A stretch of 62,507 nucleotides of DNA, filler included. It is 10 parts of 10 records of this genome, joined end to end, with 100 filler letters (N's around TTAATTAATTAA, not from the genome) between each part and the next. Parts side by side here need not be neighbours in the genome. Positions count along the whole stretch, not along the records: positions 7,769 to 13,913 come from SRR31147125_150824; positions 14,014 to 19,479 come from SRR31147125_151551; positions 19,580 to 24,875 come from SRR31147125_152567; 7 more parts are not named here. One strand, written 5' to 3'. The translations under genes and the position numbers were made by a program. Below are positions 11,315 to 22,500 of this stretch, in pieces. The notes under the pieces are model-generated. The model did not search any database and had not been told where the DNA came from. It saw only the letters and a list, made by a program, of their open reading frames with translations. How positions within the stretch are numbered: the first letter of the stretch is position 1; the number at the start of each line of letters is the position of its first letter.

Positions 11315-11551
11315 TTTCCGCCTTTCGCTTTCATCCGTGTTTGGCAATTCATTGAAAAAACGTACCGTGGAACCTTAAATTTACCATGGAAATAATACGG
11401 TAACTCAGATTTACAATGAATTCAAGGCTCTCCTGTCGGAAAATGGCGTTTATTTCAAGCGGACGGATACACCCCCCACCAACCTTGATGGATGAGGGGT
11501 GTGTATTGACAACGAAGTTGATTGAAAATGCCGGACTTCTTTTTCAAACGA

Positions 11552-12466
11552 TCATCGGCAATTGGAACCGGCCGAGCCGGCAGTGGGGATCCCCATTCCA
11601 TTGCATTGCGCCCCAATATTTTTTGGGTCTTGAGATTCCTTTGGTTGCCGTCCAACGCTTTTGAGAATCGCCTCGAGAACGCCGCCTGCGATGGCTCTCG
11701 ATTTATCCGAAATGGTATGGCAGTGCCCGACAACGCCGCGGGGATCGATATCCCCGATTTTCACTCCTGAATTGACAAAGGTACCGGGGGGGATCAGTCC
11801 TCTGACGATCCCCGGAATTTCAGCGTAAACCGTGTATCCGTTCACTCGTCCCACTACGGATCCGGCATCGACGACGGTACCGATGTCGATGTCTGAGGAG
11901 AAGTGCCCCTCACCCGGAGCTCTCAAGACCCTTTCCGAGGTAAATCCGCCAATTTTTCCGGGAATGCCCGTATTGGCTTCTGCACAGCCTTTTGTAATGA
12001 CTCTGCCTAAATGATGGCCGCGATTGGATTCAATGACCATATGGACACTCTCTCCGGCTTCGAATCCCGGACCGATTCCGATCACCAACGGGGCGTCTGC
12101 CATGGTGGTTCCCAGATTTTTTTTGGCAATGATCGCATCGATGACAACATCGGGGTTTATCGTTTTTATCGCTTGCCAGTCCGGATCGACGATCACGGCA
12201 ATTTTTTCGGATTCCCATATGGTTTCGATGGCGGAAATGCGTGTTGCCTTTTGAGCCCAAACCCCCTCCACCTCTTTTTCTTTTTGATAAATCACATCAC
12301 TGAATGCGACATTGCGTCGAACGGCCAAGGGGGTCGGCACTTCCATCATGAAAATGTTCCGGATATTGGATTGAAACAGACGCCAGGCAATGCCGGTGGC
12401 CTGTTCACCCGCCCCTTTGATTCCAACGACAAGATCAAACGGATTCATTTGTAAGTCCTCTGTCAT
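11552..12466 (-). CDS. yqeB: Selenium-dependent molybdenum hydroxylase system protein YqeB
   Basis: KGAGEQATG, AVRRNVAF, DAIIAKKNLGT, ESNRGHHLGR, KIGDIDPRG, ISDKSRAIAGGVLEA. Confidence 0.88.
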   Translation of the reverse strand: MTEDLQMNPFDLVVGIKGAGEQATGIAWRLFQSNIRNIFMMEVPTPLAVRRNVAFSDVIYQKEKEVEGVWAQKATRISAIETIWESEKIAVIVDPDWQAIKTINPDVVIDAIIAKKNLGTTMADAPLVIGIGPGFEAGESVHMVIESNRGHHLGRVITKGCAEANTGIPGKIGGFTSERVLRAPGEGHFSSDIDIGTVVDAGSVVGRVNGYTVYAEIPGIVRGLIPPGTFVNSGVKIGDIDPRGVVGHCHTISDKSRAIAGGVLEAILKSVGRQPKESQDPKNIGAQCNGMGIPTAGSAGSNCR

Positions 12467-12557
12467 TTAATACTTACGAAAAAAGGATTCCGTAAAATGG
12501 GTTGAGAAAAACGAATTTATTTTGCTTCAATACCATTGGGATTGATTGATTTTCCCG

Positions 12558-13427
12558 TTATGTTTCAAGCGTGGATACTCGCGTTTCAAATGATGATGTC
12601 GAGATCGTCTCTCCACCCACGGAAATGAGTGCCCCGTAAACATAATTGGATGTCACATAATTCTCGGCCCGAATTCGTGCCGATTCAAGGGCCAGCGCAA
12701 CGGTTGTTTCCTGCAACTGCCCCACCTGTACCGTGACAGGGATTCCTGGAATATCCGTTCCCGGATCCATGGTCTCCGCCGGCACTTGAACAATGGCATC
12801 ATCGTGAGCATAGCAGGCATTGGCAAGGGCCGTTGCCGCCGCATCGGCACGGGCGGAGCGATTGGCCGTCACCGTCACCCCCGAAGCGATCCCCCGGGTC
12901 AGACTCCGACCGCCGAGTCCGCTGGTGTTCACCCCCCAGGATGAATGACGGGCGTCGAGTATCATCATGTGGGTCATCTCAGGTCTGCGGATATCGGTAC
13001 GAATGCCCACTCGGGCCGTCTCGTCACCGGTTAGACGAATGCTGATATCGCCTCCGTTGTTGACGATCACACGGGTGACGTCCCGGGTAAAAAGCCGATC
13101 GGCCACGGCATCGGCAATGGCTCCGGCCACGGCAGCCATGGGCGTGAGATCCGGCTCATCCAGCAGTAGGACACTTTCAATCATTTCAACGGCTAAAAAA
13201 GCGCCTTTTTCTCTTAAAAGGGGCAGGGCGGATGGATTTCGAGCGGTCAGAAACGGCCGATAGGTCGCCACCTGTTCCAGGCATTCAAAAGCAAACTCGG
13301 CAGATTCCAGAAGGCGCTTCAGTGCCGGTCGATCTCCTTCCCATGCTTGAATGACAAGGCGCATCGGACCGTTTTCTGCCAAAACCGCCCTGCCGTCGTG
13401 TATGATTTCAATCCGCCTGTCACTCAT
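12558..13427 (-). CDS. UPF0280 family (ApbE-like) protein
   Basis: GPMRL, TPMAAVAG, VNNGGDI, TSGLGGRSLTRGIA, ADAAAT. Confidence 0.88.
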   Translation of the reverse strand: MSDRRIEIIHDGRAVLAENGPMRLVIQAWEGDRPALKRLLESAEFAFECLEQVATYRPFLTARNPSALPLLREKGAFLAVEMIESVLLLDEPDLTPMAAVAGAIADAVADRLFTRDVTRVIVNNGGDISIRLTGDETARVGIRTDIRRPEMTHMMILDARHSSWGVNTSGLGGRSLTRGIASGVTVTANRSARADAAATALANACYAHDDAIVQVPAETMDPGTDIPGIPVTVQVGQLQETTVALALESARIRAENYVTSNYVYGALISVGGETISTSSFETRVSTLET

Positions 13428-13500
13428 TTTCTACTCATCTTCCATGTCGCTTTCCATTGATTGAAGCGTTGTAAGTTAAGTTACTGTTTAGGAATGGCTT

Positions 13501-13913
13501 TTATATAAGTTGTCCGTTTTTGCGATTAGGGGATAGATTTTTTATTCTGTCTCCGCCCCCGAAATGGGAAAGCTGTTTTTGTGACCATTCCTTAGTCTTC
13601 TTTCTTAGTTGTCGTCGCCGCTGCGGGGGGACTGCTGCAAAGGGTTTCATCGCTTCCACATGCCCCCCCATATCGGCGTAATCCTGAACGGTCATGGTGT
13701 ACTCCAGAGGGCATATGGTGGCGGGGGTAGGGGTCCAGTAGAACGATCCCTGTTTCACCCGTGCCACATCCACCATGAAGGAAATGCCGCCTCCCGGCAG
13801 AATAAAACCGGGCGCTCCGCCCACAGTGAGGGAGACCTTGTTGTCGTGCACGGCTTTCGTCAATTTAATGGGATATCTGGTGACACCGGCCCGGGCACTT
13901 CCGCCGCTTCCCC
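13501..13913 (-). CDS. 6-hydroxynicotinate reductase-like protein, C-terminal fragment
   Basis: GGSARAGVT..P.KLT, TVGGAP..LPGGGISFMVDV, PTPA..PLEYT...GGH match the Hnr C-terminus as recalled; the true stop may be earlier. Confidence 0.72.
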
Positions 13914-14013
13914 NNNNNNNNNNNNNNNNNNNNNNNNNNNNNNNNNNNNNNNNNNNNTTAATTAATTAANNNNNNNNNNNNNNNNNNNNNNNNNNNNNNN
14001 NNNNNNNNNNNNN
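13914..14013. other. Artificial contig spacer
   Basis: N run with TTAATTAATTAA. Confidence 0.98.
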
Positions 14014-14455
14014 CCCCCATAGGGGGAGTTACCTTTCCACGGGCTGGGTCAGGAATCTTGTCCAAAAAATTATTTCTTTTCCGGTCCGGTTGATGAAAAA
14101 GAGTCAGTCCATTGCCCATGCGGCCTCAGAACTCGGGGTGGCTGGAGCGGAAAAGATTGGGTCTTCATTGACGAGCCTTGACAGCATGTCACCGGAGAAC
14201 AAGGGGCTTCTTGCCCTTGCGGATATTCCCCTTGCACCTGGAATTCAAGGCCATTCCATCATTCCCATTGATGGAGATGAAAATCCGCCTGAGGGGGATG
14301 ACGGCGTGGTCAAATATACAAGCGCCCATATCGACTATGCAGAATCTGAATTCATTGTCCGGGATGAACACTCATGCCAGTCAAATCCCCTTGTCATAGA
14401 GGAGGTACGGCGGATTCTTATTGACCATTTGAATCATGCAAAAATCAACGATTAA
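14014..14455 (+). CDS. Alpha/beta hydrolase (esterase/lipase), C-terminal fragment
   Basis: PHRGS at the contig start, DDGVVKYTSAH (acid residue), EHSCQ (catalytic His). Confidence 0.78.
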
Positions 14456-14483
14456 CCATCCACAGGCGATAGTGAGGAAATAG

Positions 14484-15302
14484 ATGGATTCCCAGTTGGA
14501 AAAATTAAGAGAACTCAGGGCGATAATGAATGATCACGGATTTGATTTTGTTACCGGGTTCATGGTTCTTTTTGCAGGCCTGTATGCAACCAAATTCATC
14601 GTTAAGCGATCCAAAAAACAGCTTGGAAAAATGATAAAAAATCCTGTGGTTGTTTCTGTATTATCAAATGGCTTTGGATTTGTTCTTCTGGTGATTGTTT
14701 TTCTTGCAACCAGCATCCAGGTCGGCGCAAATCCCCGGAACGTGATGGCGGGTTTAATGATTATATGCCTGTTGGTCGTTGGGGTTGTCACATTATGCCG
14801 CCCTTTGATTCCCAGCCTGCCATTCACCGTCGGGAATACGGTTAAATTCGGCACTTTATTGGGAAAAGTTGAGGCCACAACCATACTGAATACACGCCTG
14901 AGGACATTGGACGGTAAGACCTTTTTTATTCCGAATCGAAAAATACTGGATGATATTGTCATCAATTATCATTTTACAAAAACCCGGAGGGTAAAAATTG
15001 ATGTCACCATACAGTATGACCAGGATCTTGCCAAAGCCAAAAAGGTCCTTGAGGCGCTGATGATCGAAGATCCACGAATTATTACCAAACCAGCCCCAGT
15101 GGTTTATGTCCTTGAACTGGCACCTGACGGCGTTTTGCTCGGTGCACGGGGATGGGTGGACAATACGGTGTACTGGGTCACCAAGTGTGACCTGACAGAA
15201 AAAATAAAGTTCCGATTCGATCAGGAAAATTTGCTTTTTGCATACCCGCAATTGGAAATCCATTATCAGGGTGATGCCACAGGTCAAAAGAAGGAAACAT
15301 AA
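14484..15302 (+). CDS. Small-conductance mechanosensitive channel (MscS family)
   Basis: N-terminal TM helices, PFTVG, TRLRTLDG..IPN, RRVKIDV.I.Y, FAYPQ. Confidence 0.88.
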   Translation: MDSQLEKLRELRAIMNDHGFDFVTGFMVLFAGLYATKFIVKRSKKQLGKMIKNPVVVSVLSNGFGFVLLVIVFLATSIQVGANPRNVMAGLMIICLLVVGVVTLCRPLIPSLPFTVGNTVKFGTLLGKVEATTILNTRLRTLDGKTFFIPNRKILDDIVINYHFTKTRRVKIDVTIQYDQDLAKAKKVLEALMIEDPRIITKPAPVVYVLELAPDGVLLGARGWVDNTVYWVTKCDLTEKIKFRFDQENLLFAYPQLEIHYQGDATGQKKET

Positions 15303-15330
15303 TACGGTTTTATAAAAAGGAGGCCGATTT

Positions 15331-15638
15331 ATGAAAATTTTAATTGGGGTATGCCTTTTGGTTTTTTTTCAGGAGCATATGCATCAGCACAGACAGAAAA
15401 TACCTGCTGGATAAAGGCCCCATCAATGAACGATGTATGGGTGATTATTTATCAAGAAGATCGTCATGGAAATAGAGGTGAAAAAATTTGGGAAGGGAAA
15501 ATTCCTGCCCGGGGAAAAATTCAAATCAAATGTCCAAGCGGTTATATCAGATATCAGTATTCTGAAGATCCTGACCAGCCTTATCAGGGTGATACATCTG
15601 CCGAATGCACTGAAAACAGAGAGCTGCTGATGCAATAG
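15331..15638 (+). CDS. Hypothetical secreted protein; apparent frameshift in T run ~15362-15369
   Basis: AGGAGG RBS then ATG 15331; one extra T gives the signal peptide MKILIGVCLLVFFSGAYASA, joined to ORF 15351-15638. Confidence 0.6.
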
Positions 15639-15695
15639 GTCCGGCCCATGCCGGAAGCCTGGTTTAGTCCAAAAATAAAGGGTGAAGATAAGGAT

Positions 15696-16010
15696 ATGAA
15701 AGTATCTGAGGGGATGAAATTAATTGCAAGTGGATGGATTCAAAAGCCTAAGGGATTTCGGGTTCGGTTCCAAATAATCGAAAACGGCGAGCTTAAAACA
15801 GGCTACTCTCCTCCCCTGGGTGAAGACGGAATGGCTTCCGATGTAACAACCTGGAGATATGCATGGAAACTGTACATGGCAACAAAATCGGATCAAAGGA
15901 AAATCAAACCAGGAGAGTTGGTAAATATCGTCGTTGTTGATGAAAACGATACTCCCATTCCCCATTACGAAACAGGAACATTAAAGATTTTTAATCCTAA
16001 AAATAGTTAG
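15696..16010 (+). CDS. Hypothetical protein
   Basis: ORF with AAGGA RBS before ATG 15696; same strand as its neighbours. Confidence 0.6.
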   Translation: MKVSEGMKLIASGWIQKPKGFRVRFQIIENGELKTGYSPPLGEDGMASDVTTWRYAWKLYMATKSDQRKIKPGELVNIVVVDENDTPIPHYETGTLKIFNPKNS

Positions 16011-16215
16011 GGTATGATTCAAAACAGGTATTTGAAAGAAGTGATTGCCGGGAAAGATCAATTCGACCCCAGGCAAACTCGAAAGATTAGGATGGGGCTC
16101 TGAACGGCGTGGTAAAATTTTTATTGGGCAAAAGAACAGACAAACAACGACAGGCCATCACATTTTCGTTTGTTATGAGGATGGCAGATTTAAACTAATG
16201 ATTTAGGGAGGGGGT

Positions 16216-16967
16216 ATGGGAGCGTCAAAACGTCACTTGAATTCGGTCCGGGTTGCCATTGGCGTACTGGTATTATCGGTGGTCCTTTTTCAGAGGTTCG
16301 GGCACAAAGGCCGGGGGTAGATCCGGCGGCAACTCAAATACTGCGTGAAATGACCGAGTACATAGGAAGTCTGAAAAAATTTAGTATCCATACACAAAAT
16401 GTTCTTGAAGATATGCTTGTATCCGGCCACAGGATTGATATTGATGTTTCTGCAAGGGTGATCATTCAGAGACCTGATAAATTGCAAGCCAAACGTATGG
16501 GGGATCTGATCGATCAGGTTTTTTATTACGATGGAAAAACACTGACATTATTTAATCCGGCGGACAAGGTCTACGCAATAAAATCTGCACCGGGATCTAT
16601 TGAAGGCACCCTTGATTTTGCCCGGGAGTCTCTTGGATTGGTCGTCCCTGCCGCTGACCTGATATACAGAAATGCCTTTCATTTGCTTATGCAGGATGTA
16701 ACATTGGCCGTGATAATCGGAAAATCTGCCATAAACGGTGTAAAATGCAAACACCTGCTGTTTAGCAGGCCTGGTGTTGACTTCCAAGTATGGGTCGCCC
16801 AGGAAGGCAAGCCGCTTCCTTATAAATACGTTGTTACTGACACAACCTCCCGATTGAGTGTCTCAACCGTCATGAGCGATTGGAATGTGAATCCGGAGGT
16901 GGATCCAACCCAGTTTGTTTTTATTCCGCCCCTGGATGCTAAAAAGATAGATTTCATGCCGCTGTAG
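16216..16967 (+). CDS. DUF2092 family periplasmic (LolA-like) protein; apparent frameshift at ~16286-16290
   Basis: RPDKL, YDGKTLT, PAADL, DFQVW..G.PLP, F.FIPP motifs; the upstream ATG 16216 supplies a signal peptide. Confidence 0.8.
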
Positions 16968-17016
16968 CAAGCAATGAAATTATAAACCCCTTGGATTTAA
17001 ACAGGAGTGATTATCC

Positions 17017-17424
17017 ATGAAAATATTATGTAAAGCGGCCATACTAACCATCACCCCGCTTTTGATGCTTACGGCCGACATCTCTTTTTTAATAGGAGAC
17101 TTGGTCCCCGATGCCAATGCCGTTTTAGGCGTTCGGCGAAGAGCGGTCCGCAGGGGGGTCATCATCGGCTCTGCAGCCTCAACCAGTGCCGGCACAGCCG
17201 CCACGGCCCAGCAGCAGGCCGCTACGGCCCAGCAACAGGCCGCCGCAGCAGCAGGTACTTCGGTATCCGGAAATGCCTTACCATTGGGCACCGTTGTTAA
17301 TGCCCTGCCTGCGGGCTGCGCGCCTAAGCAGGTTAACGGCATAGAGTACTACCATTGCGGCGGGAATTACTATCGGTCAGCATTCCAGGGGAATAGTTTG
17401 GTCTATGTAACAACACAGCCTTGA
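17017..17424 (+). CDS. Hypothetical exported protein with Arg-rich motif and Ala/Gln repeat
   Basis: RRRAVRRG, ATAQQQAATAQQQ, C-terminal LPAGC...YYHCGGNYY. Confidence 0.7.
   Translation: MKILCKAAILTITPLLMLTADISFLIGDLVPDANAVLGVRRRAVRRGVIIGSAASTSAGTAATAQQQAATAQQQAAAAAGTSVSGNALPLGTVVNALPAGCAPKQVNGIEYYHCGGNYYRSAFQGNSLVYVTTQP
17200..17241 (+). repeat. Imperfect 21-bp tandem repeat x2 encoding ATAQQQA
   Basis: gccacggcccagcagcaggcc / gctacggcccagcaacaggcc. Confidence 0.75.
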
Positions 17425-17436
17425 GGAGTTATCACC

Positions 17437-18255
17437 ATGAAAAAAGGATCAACCCCGGCAATGGCAATTTGTTTTGCAGTATTCATGGCGCTTTTTTTCC
17501 CAACGGACCCGATATTTGCTAAGGACCAATCCGAATTGGCGAAAAAACTTGCCAACCCCATTGCCAATCTGATCAGTGTGCCGTTCCAGCTAAACTACGA
17601 TGAAAATATTGGATTCGGGGATGAGGGATCAAAGTGGGTGCTCAATATCCAGCCGGTTATTCCATTTTCCATCGGCAAGGAATGGAATGTAATCACCCGA
17701 ACCATCGTCCCCATTGTTGATCTGAAAGACATCCCTGTCCAGGGAGAGGAAGAATCCGGTTTGGGTGATATTGTCGCAAGCCAGTTTTTTTCTCCCAAGG
17801 CCATGACAGATAATGGCTGGACATGGGGCATCGGTCCGGTGTGGCTTCTTCCCACAGCTGCAGATGACACCCTTGGCGGTGAAAAGTTCGGCTTTGGGCC
17901 AACCGGAGTCGCCCTGAAACAGCAGGGCCCGTGGACATATGGTATGCTCGTTAATCATATCTGGTCTTTGGCTGGGCCTGAAGACCGCAATGATGTAAAC
18001 GCCACATTCATTCAACCGTTTCTGGCTTACGTCACCCGATCCCATACGACATTTAGTTTGAACACAGAATCAACCTACGATTGGGAAGCTCAAAAATGGT
18101 CTATTCCTATTAATTTTACAATGGCCCAAATGCTAAAGCTTGGCAGTCAGCCTGTTCAAATTTCAGTGGGGCTACGGTATTGGGCGGATACACCGGAAAC
18201 CGGACCGGAAGACTGGGGCGGGCGATTTCAGTTTACTTTTATTTTTCCAAAATAG
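17437..18255 (+). CDS. Putative outer-membrane beta-barrel transporter-like protein
   Basis: Signal peptide; LANPIANLISVPFQ, NIQPVIPF, GLGDI, QPF..Y, C-terminal FIFPK. Confidence 0.75.
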   Translation: MKKGSTPAMAICFAVFMALFFPTDPIFAKDQSELAKKLANPIANLISVPFQLNYDENIGFGDEGSKWVLNIQPVIPFSIGKEWNVITRTIVPIVDLKDIPVQGEEESGLGDIVASQFFSPKAMTDNGWTWGIGPVWLLPTAADDTLGGEKFGFGPTGVALKQQGPWTYGMLVNHIWSLAGPEDRNDVNATFIQPFLAYVTRSHTTFSLNTESTYDWEAQKWSIPINFTMAQMLKLGSQPVQISVGLRYWADTPETGPEDWGGRFQFTFIFPK

Positions 18256-18502
18256 CTTATCCATTATGCTTCTCCATAATGTGAAACTGTTCCTTTGCCG
18301 ATGATGCAGACAGGCCGTTGAATCTTTATAAGAAAATAGATGCAGATTGTGGTGGCGGAACCATGTCACCTTCCCCAAAAATAGCTGTAGCCGGGATTGG
18401 GTAACATCTTTCAGGTTTAGGGAACCGGCTCAGACTCATCAATTCAGTAAATCAGAGATCAATGTGCCGTCAATGCTTTCCTGATCAATTCTGCTCAGGA
18501 TT

Positions 18503-19479
18503 TTAAGGCATGCTTCGCTCCTTGCCCGGGATATTCACCCGGCGGTCCAGAAGCCGGCGCATGGTCCGGCTGATGTCGCTGATGGAAATGGGCTTCATGA
18601 AAAAGCTGTCAATGGCCCGGGTCTGATAATTGGCCGTGGAAATTTTTTCGCTGAACCCGGTGCAGAGGATCACGGGAATATCCGGGCGGATTGCCTTGAT
18701 TTTTTCCGCGAGGATGTCCCCGGTCATCCCGGGCATGGTCATATCCGTGATGACCAGGTCGAAACCTTCAGGGGCGGCGCTAAATTCTTCCAGGGCGGCC
18801 TGGCTGTCGGTAAAGGTCGTGATGCTGTAACCGTATTTTTCAAGGAATTGCTTGCCCATCTGGACGATGCTGATTTCATCGTCCACCATGAGGATGTGTT
18901 CGCTTCCCCGGATGATCGCTTCTTTTTTGGGGCCGTCCTGGGGCTGGGGGATGTCGGATGCGGGCAGAAATACATGGAAGGTGGTGCCCCGTCCCTGTTC
19001 GCTGTAAACTTTGATGTCCCCTTTGAGTTTGCGGACAATGCCGTAGATCACGGCCAGCCCCAGGCCGGTGCCTTTGCCTTCCTCCTTGGTGGTAAAATAG
19101 GGGTCAAAGATCCGGTTGAGGGTTTCGGCATCCATGCCGCATCCGTTGTCTGACACGGTCAGCCGGACATGGGGGCCGACAGAGAGGTGCTTGAGCTCCG
19201 GCAGGGTTTGGGGGGATATATCCACAGGGACCAGGCTGACTTCGAATTTTCCGTCGGTCTCTTCAACGGCGTGAAATGCATTGGTGCACAGATTCATGAT
19301 CACCTGGTGGAGTTTGGTGGGGTCTCCCAGGACCGGTGGACAGTCCGGATCGATATTTTGGAGGATCTCAATGCTTTTGGGGATGGAGGCCCGGAGCAGT
19401 TTGAGGGATTCCTTGACAATGGTCTGGAATGAGACCACCTGGTTTTTGATTTCCGTCTGCCGGCTGAAGGTCAGGATCT
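18503..19479 (-). CDS. Hybrid sensor histidine kinase/response regulator, C-terminal part
   Basis: N box QVIMNLCTNA, DNGCG, FDPYFTTK, GTGLGL, then REC domain VDDE/TDMTMP/KP. Confidence 0.93.
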
Positions 19480-19579
19480 NNNNNNNNNNNNNNNNNNNNN
19501 NNNNNNNNNNNNNNNNNNNNNNNTTAATTAATTAANNNNNNNNNNNNNNNNNNNNNNNNNNNNNNNNNNNNNNNNNNNN
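19480..19579. other. Artificial contig spacer
   Basis: N run with TTAATTAATTAA. Confidence 0.98.
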
Positions 19580-22500
19580 CAACAGCAACAGCAATGCACC
19601 CGTCGCACGGGGACCTTGTCGTCTCGAAGATACATGCTCACAACTCTGCTGGCACTCTTGAAATGTGGGAGGAGTACGGCACATGCGTGATCGATGGTAG
19701 CTTCGAGAGTAAGGGCCCGACCGTGGCGTAGAACCCACGAGTACTCTTGTTCCATTGGCAAGATCACATTGCTAGGGGGGATGGGAAACAGCGTCATGTC
19801 GCGGCACACGCACACCACACCCACACCCGTAAGGTACAAACGTGAGTAATTGCTCGAGATCGTTCCCTTCCAGCGAAAGGGTACACGCTCCAAGTGAGTA
19901 GGCAGCTGCTTGGCGTACTGTGTCATCCTCTACGCAGAGAAGCTCCATAAGATCTCGGACAATGGCTCCAACAAACGACGGAGTGACAGACTTCCCGATC
20001 TGCAAGTACGAATTACACCAACAGGAATACCAGAGAAGACAACGACAAAACGAACCCGGATCATTACCATGCGAAGAGCCCTCAACATGGCCTCCCTTAC
20101 AAACGTTTCTTCGTTTCTGATTCCCGTGTGAAGATCTTTGGCAAGAGAATCCGCGCGGATTGGGTTGGAGATGAGAGTGCTCAGGGCCGATAAGGCACGC
20201 TCCCGCACAACCTTTGTAGGGTCATGGAGGGCCTTGATTAACGTGTTCTGTAACTGGGGCAGGAAGGGCTTGATGGTGGTTCCCCCTTCTTCATAAGGAG
20301 CCTGGAGGATTGATTGAGTGTCCACCATCACAACCGTCACAGACAACAGACGCACCCAAGCGTGTGAAGAATAGCAGCTTTCACAGACCACGGAAATCGT
20401 TCTCCAACAATACGAATCAGAGGTCCAGCGATCTTGGTCAACACGGGTTTCAAAGATTCCGGTGAAGACAGGGAAATGATCGTTCCTGTACACAAACATA
20501 AAAAAGGAAAAGAAGACAAGGGACGAGGGTTGCAATACGTTACCTATTCCATACGCTGCTGTTTCCCTGACTTCTGGAGTGCCATACACCAAACCTTGCA
20601 AGAAGAGAGGAAGGATGGGCTGGAGTCCATTGGGAATGTTGAAGACGGGCATCAACCAATTCACATCGATCTTCTGCTTATCTTCGGCGAGTGCACTGAT
20701 GACATCGCGTACGGGATCTACGTAGGATCCCAACATTTCCTTCTTAATTGTCTGAAAGGCACACATCATCAACGGGGGATGGGTGGAGGGGAACGGGACA
20801 CGAACCGAAACGAGGGCATCAAACGCAACAAGACCTGCATTCATGACATCGACGTCGGGATCGTTGAATAGACGTGCCAGAGACTGAAGAAGAGCTGTGA
20901 TGTAGTTCTCAAACTCGGCTTTCGTCCCTTGACAAAAACGGGCAAGCAAAAGAGCCGATCCCAAGCGATGATGCACCTAACACGTTTTCTTGAGATAACA
21001 CGTAGACCTTGTGTACTTCCTTACGCACATATGTACTCGCCAAGCCCTTGAGAAGCTCGTTCATGAGAATGTGGACGCCTTCGGTGTGTACGGCAAGAAC
21101 AACCGTTTTGGCTGCTTCGAGAAGAGCCTGCCTCGTCTCTTCCTCTGTGATATTCATGGCTACGCTCCAATCGAGTCAGATATTCCCTCCTCTGTGTGAG
21201 AGAGTGTGTGTGTGCAGACCCACCATCCAGATATGCCGGTATGATAGTGGACACATGTGCGTGCAGAAAGTGACCACTAACATCAGCCAACGCTGCCAGG
21301 GCACGAGCGTGTTGTATGGGTATCGGCGACTCCAGAAGCTTCGGAATTATGAAAGGAAGAACATTTCCACGCAGGGCAACAATTTGTCGGAGACCGTGCA
21401 GAGCATTGTCCGCCTTTTCCGTGTGCATGAGTGTAAGAGGTGGAAAGATGCAGATGGAGTAGAACACACCTGGCTCTTTGTTTGTAGAAGTGCCAAGAGA
21501 GACGGGACGATTTCCTCAATGGCACGAGCTCCCACATTCCGTTGTAATTCGTTGAATGCCTAATCCATATCAGAGGTGATGGTAGGAATGACACGAGGCG
21601 CTATCATACTTGTGCTGCAGCCTCGCGAACTTCGGGTAATGGGTCACAGAGCGTTTGGCGCACGGCAGGAATGAGGTATGATAAGAATGTACCAACTTGC
21701 CCCTTTCCGGCCGATGCCATCACCTCACTGAGCCCTACACAAACTCCCTGACGTGTCTCTCCATCTTCAGCCTGGTACCTTCGTCAGCCTGGTGCTCTTC
21801 AAACACGGAAACGAACCTCAAGACTCGTTTGAAGGATTGGAATGATCTCGGGAAGTACACGCTCCCCAAGCTTCCGTACGAGATCACCCATACTACATAC
21901 GAAGCATCACACACACACACATACACACACACATCTAAGGGGATGAGACACGCACCATCGACCTGCCATTGCACGATTACTGTAATTCTCCGATGCAAGG
22001 GTATCAATCAGGGTTCGCATCAGAACGGGCAAGATTTCTCGCAACGTCTACACACCCATTAGAAGCAACGTGAACAATAACAAGCACGCACTCGTCCCGT
22101 GTTCACGATCGTCCCTTTCCAGATGTTGGCAGCGATGTGGCTGACAGTTGTATTTGTATCAGAGCGCAAAATATAAAGGGAGGTTACAACGACATCGCGT
22201 CGTTCCTGAAAAAAACCCCATGAGTTCGTTCATCCCAAGAACCAACCAACCAACCAACCAACCTTTCCCAAAGCCTTCAAGATGGCACGATCGTGTTTAT
22301 CCACACCCACAAGGACCTCTCCTCCTTCTTCTTCCGTTGCCTCTTCATCTTCATCACGTTTTTCATCCTCGTCTTCACGCATAGACCCGCTGGTAGCAAT
22401 GCGAAAGAGCAAGTCTCCCAATAGTTGAACTGAACTATGACGAATACGCCAGTTTTCGTCAAACATACTCTTCTCCAGTGCCTGGGTAGCAAGAATCGTT

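Noticed and set aside
1763-13913. Linking LeuCD (as dimethylmaleate hydratase DmdAB) with the hnr/yqeB nicotinate genes into one pathway
   Set aside because: They are on different contigs separated by a spacer, with no evidence of a shared genome.
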